From positions 15,624,001-15,688,000 of the forward strand of contig JBHGNT010000008.1 in NCBI GenBank assembly GCA_043228905.1: a stretch of DNA of 64,000 nt, written 5' to 3'. The stretch's first letter is position 1, and the number at the start of each line of letters is the position of its first letter. Shown piece by piece: positions 61,501 to 64,000 of this stretch. The DNA comes from Azolla caroliniana (lineage: Eukaryota > Plantae > Polypodiophyta). The notes beneath the pieces were generated by a model. The model made no database searches and was not told where the DNA came from. It saw only the letters and a list, made by a program, of their open reading frames with translations. Position numbers and translations under genes: made by a program.

Positions 61501-64000
61501 CGCGTTTATCAAACGTGAGGATTATCTGTCAAGAGCCAATCTTGAAATGCTTCTCTTACATGATTAAGCCCTCTATCAGGATTTTACACCTGTAATATAC
61601 TAACCATAGATAGGATACATTTTTTAATCACATGTCATTGCATACAGCTCTTACATTCTTGTTTACATTTTGTATAATTTTCATTCTCCTTTCTACATTG
61701 GTTTAAAGAGCGTTTTCAGCCAATAATAGATGTTAAACCTTTGTGCTATGACAAATTAAATCTTCCTCTCAAAAGATGTGAATAATTGAATGTGATGAAA
61801 AATTGAAATATTCTTCCATTTGTTGGCATCAACATTCAAGTAAAATAAAACCACGAGCATTAATATTCAAGTAAAAATAAAACCATGAATTGTGGATAGT
61901 TAAATTATACCTTAACAATAGATGCAAAATTGTCATCCAATATAACAATGTCTGCACTTTCTTTTGCCACTTCTGTACCAGCAATTCCCATAGCTAGGCC
62001 AATGGATGCCTGCACGCATGAAGAAATGCTAATCAATGAATCAAATCCTCCCAATTCTCTGAATCATGGTAATAAGATGTATGGTACAATCATAGATTGA
62101 CATATTCGCATTCGTCGGGTTTCCCATTCGAATGCATACGAATATGAATACAAATGGGTGGTCAAGTATTCGTTTAACTAAAAAAAAACTTTGTCTTTTT
62201 TAATTTCCTAGGATAAAAAAAAGGAACTTGACAATAAATAGGGATAATAAAAGAGGGACTTGGGGATTTGTCACTACTAAATTTTTATAATAAATGTATA
62301 ACCTATAAATTATAAGTATTCGTCTTAATTTTAATAAATAAATAAAATAAAATAAAGGCTCATTAATTTCTCACTTTTTATTCCCTCAAAATTTATGGAT
62401 ATTTTTATTTTGACATTAAAAATAGTACTTCAAACTAATCATATATTCAAAGTTTATACTAATCATATTTGTATAGTAAATATAAAAATATTCGTTTTTT
62501 AAAAATTAATTAATTAATTGATTAATTAAAATAAGTTTCATAAACTCTCTTGACACTATAATCTATTAATGAATAATTGTTCTTTTTTTGGTAAAATAAA
62601 TTTATTTAAATAAATAAATAAATATTTTATATCTATTTTGCAAAACGAATGGTTTTTTAATATTCTTAGGGCCATTTCATATTCTCGAATATTGAGAATA
62701 TTGCGCATGGAGAATATCACGAATATCACGCATGTGTCAATCTATGGGTACAATGATCCATCATGTTTAAAAACAAACCTCATGAAGTGCTGGAGCATCA
62801 TTAGTCCCATCACCAGTAACGGCAACTATATCCCCCATCTCAAGAAGTCGTTTCACCAATGTATGCTTATCTGTGGGGGAAGACCTTGCCATTACCTGTG
62901 TACAAATAACTTACTATTGCCCATCAGTGAACAACACGCATATTTTCTTGATTCCATAAAATCTGTCAAACTACATGCTTTTTAATCTGATGAAAACAGA
63001 CACATGTGATTTTCACTTGCTGATCCCCAACATTTTAGGCTGACAGTTACATTTCATAGATGAAAACAACAAACTTTAGAGGTCACTTTTCTAGCTATGT
63101 TACCAAGATTCTTTTCAGGAAATTTAGAGGTCACATCTAGATGGCCGTTTAGTTTTCATGTGCCATGCCCTTGGTTCACCCAGTTTGGGTATGTTCAGAG
63201 TAGATGAGAGAGGACATCCTTATTACACCCTAGTAATACTGCTGACAACATCTCAGAGAAGCAGGAGATACAATGTCTATTCAGCCACGTGATGGTCCAT
63301 TCATATCAGCTATCTACGAGAGTTCCACATGAAGTTCCATCAACATAGAGTATTCCCACCATAAACCAGACATTGCACCTCTAAACAGAGGCAATCTCTT
63401 CTTATATATTCAGACAAAAAAAAAATGAAAGATAGAAAACTTCTTATCTGATGGGAAAAGTTCCAATATATTTCCTGCAATACGAATAATTGATTAAATT
63501 AAAATTTCAGAGCATTCCAGTCAGAGAATATACCTGTAAATAGGGTATAATTCTGTATTGCTCTTCCTTTTCCATTTCACGGAACTGTTTTCCTTCAATG
63601 GCAAATCCTTTCTCCGTAAATATACCACATTCATATGCTATGGCTTTTGCAGTCATAATATTATCTCCTGTGACCATACGAACCTGTGGATAACCAAGTT
63701 TATATGGTTTAAATTTCAAGTCTATAAGCAGATATGAAAACAATCATGCATAACTATAAAAGAATCTAGATCATTTATATACTTCATTGGACTTTAGAAT
63801 CATGGATTCAAAAAGTATCACGACCTTAATTCCTGCAATCTGACATCTGCGTACGGCCTCCGTCACACCAGGCCTCAATGGGTCTTTAATTCCCACTATA
63901 GATAAACATATCAAGTCACGATCCGGGAGATCCAGCTGCTTTTTCTTTGTACGGGCTTCGGAAAGCTCGCGCTCATTAAGTTCTTTGCAAGCAAAACACA
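55577..64000 (-). CDS. ACA: P2B-type Ca2+-ATPase (ACA/PMCA), 3' part; continues beyond the window
   Basis: Spliced exons give [28 protein letters not shown]...[84 protein letters not shown]|VFNEFNARK. Stop codon at 55577. Confidence 0.95.
59400..60180 (+). mobile_element. Second RTEX-like LINE 3' fragment, inside an ACA intron
   Basis: [12 protein letters not shown] motif, and the TATGAAATAAGGAGATAC..TGCCTCTT.AAACAAGG block shared with ~54238. Confidence 0.55.
62091..62746. mobile_element. Non-autonomous hAT-like element (MITE) in an ACA intron
   Basis: TIR CATAGATTGACA / TGTCAATCTATG. Perfect 8-bp TSD GGTACAAT at 62083-62090 and 62747-62754. AT-rich interior. Confidence 0.9.

Overview
Eukaryotic land-plant nuclear DNA with spliceosomal introns and dense, nested LTR retrotransposons. 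A non-seed plant such as a fern is plausible, but that is an inference. Four host genes are recognisable: aminoacylase-1 (9488-12654, +), an mTERF protein (15613-16656, +), a RabD/Rab1 GTPase (19458-24490, -) and the 3' half of a P2B Ca2+-ATPase (55577->64000, -). Most of 25-55 kb is a nest of Gypsy, Copia, SINE and LINE elements. The main discovery is at 2084-6790. A six-exon minus-strand gene, which the ORF track shows only as fragments, reconstructs to a ~962-aa protein. It fuses a ParB/Srx-like domain to a complete prokaryotic-type beta-class DNA amino-methyltransferase (N6-adenine or N4-cytosine). It lies head-to-head with the decayed N-terminus of a probable DNA transposase, and its first intron holds an array of palindromes. 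This looks like a DNA transposon carrying a spliced, phage-like ParB-methyltransferase cargo gene. This copy is disabled by nonsense codons consistent with C>T changes. All calls come from manual reading and translation; no database searches were run.
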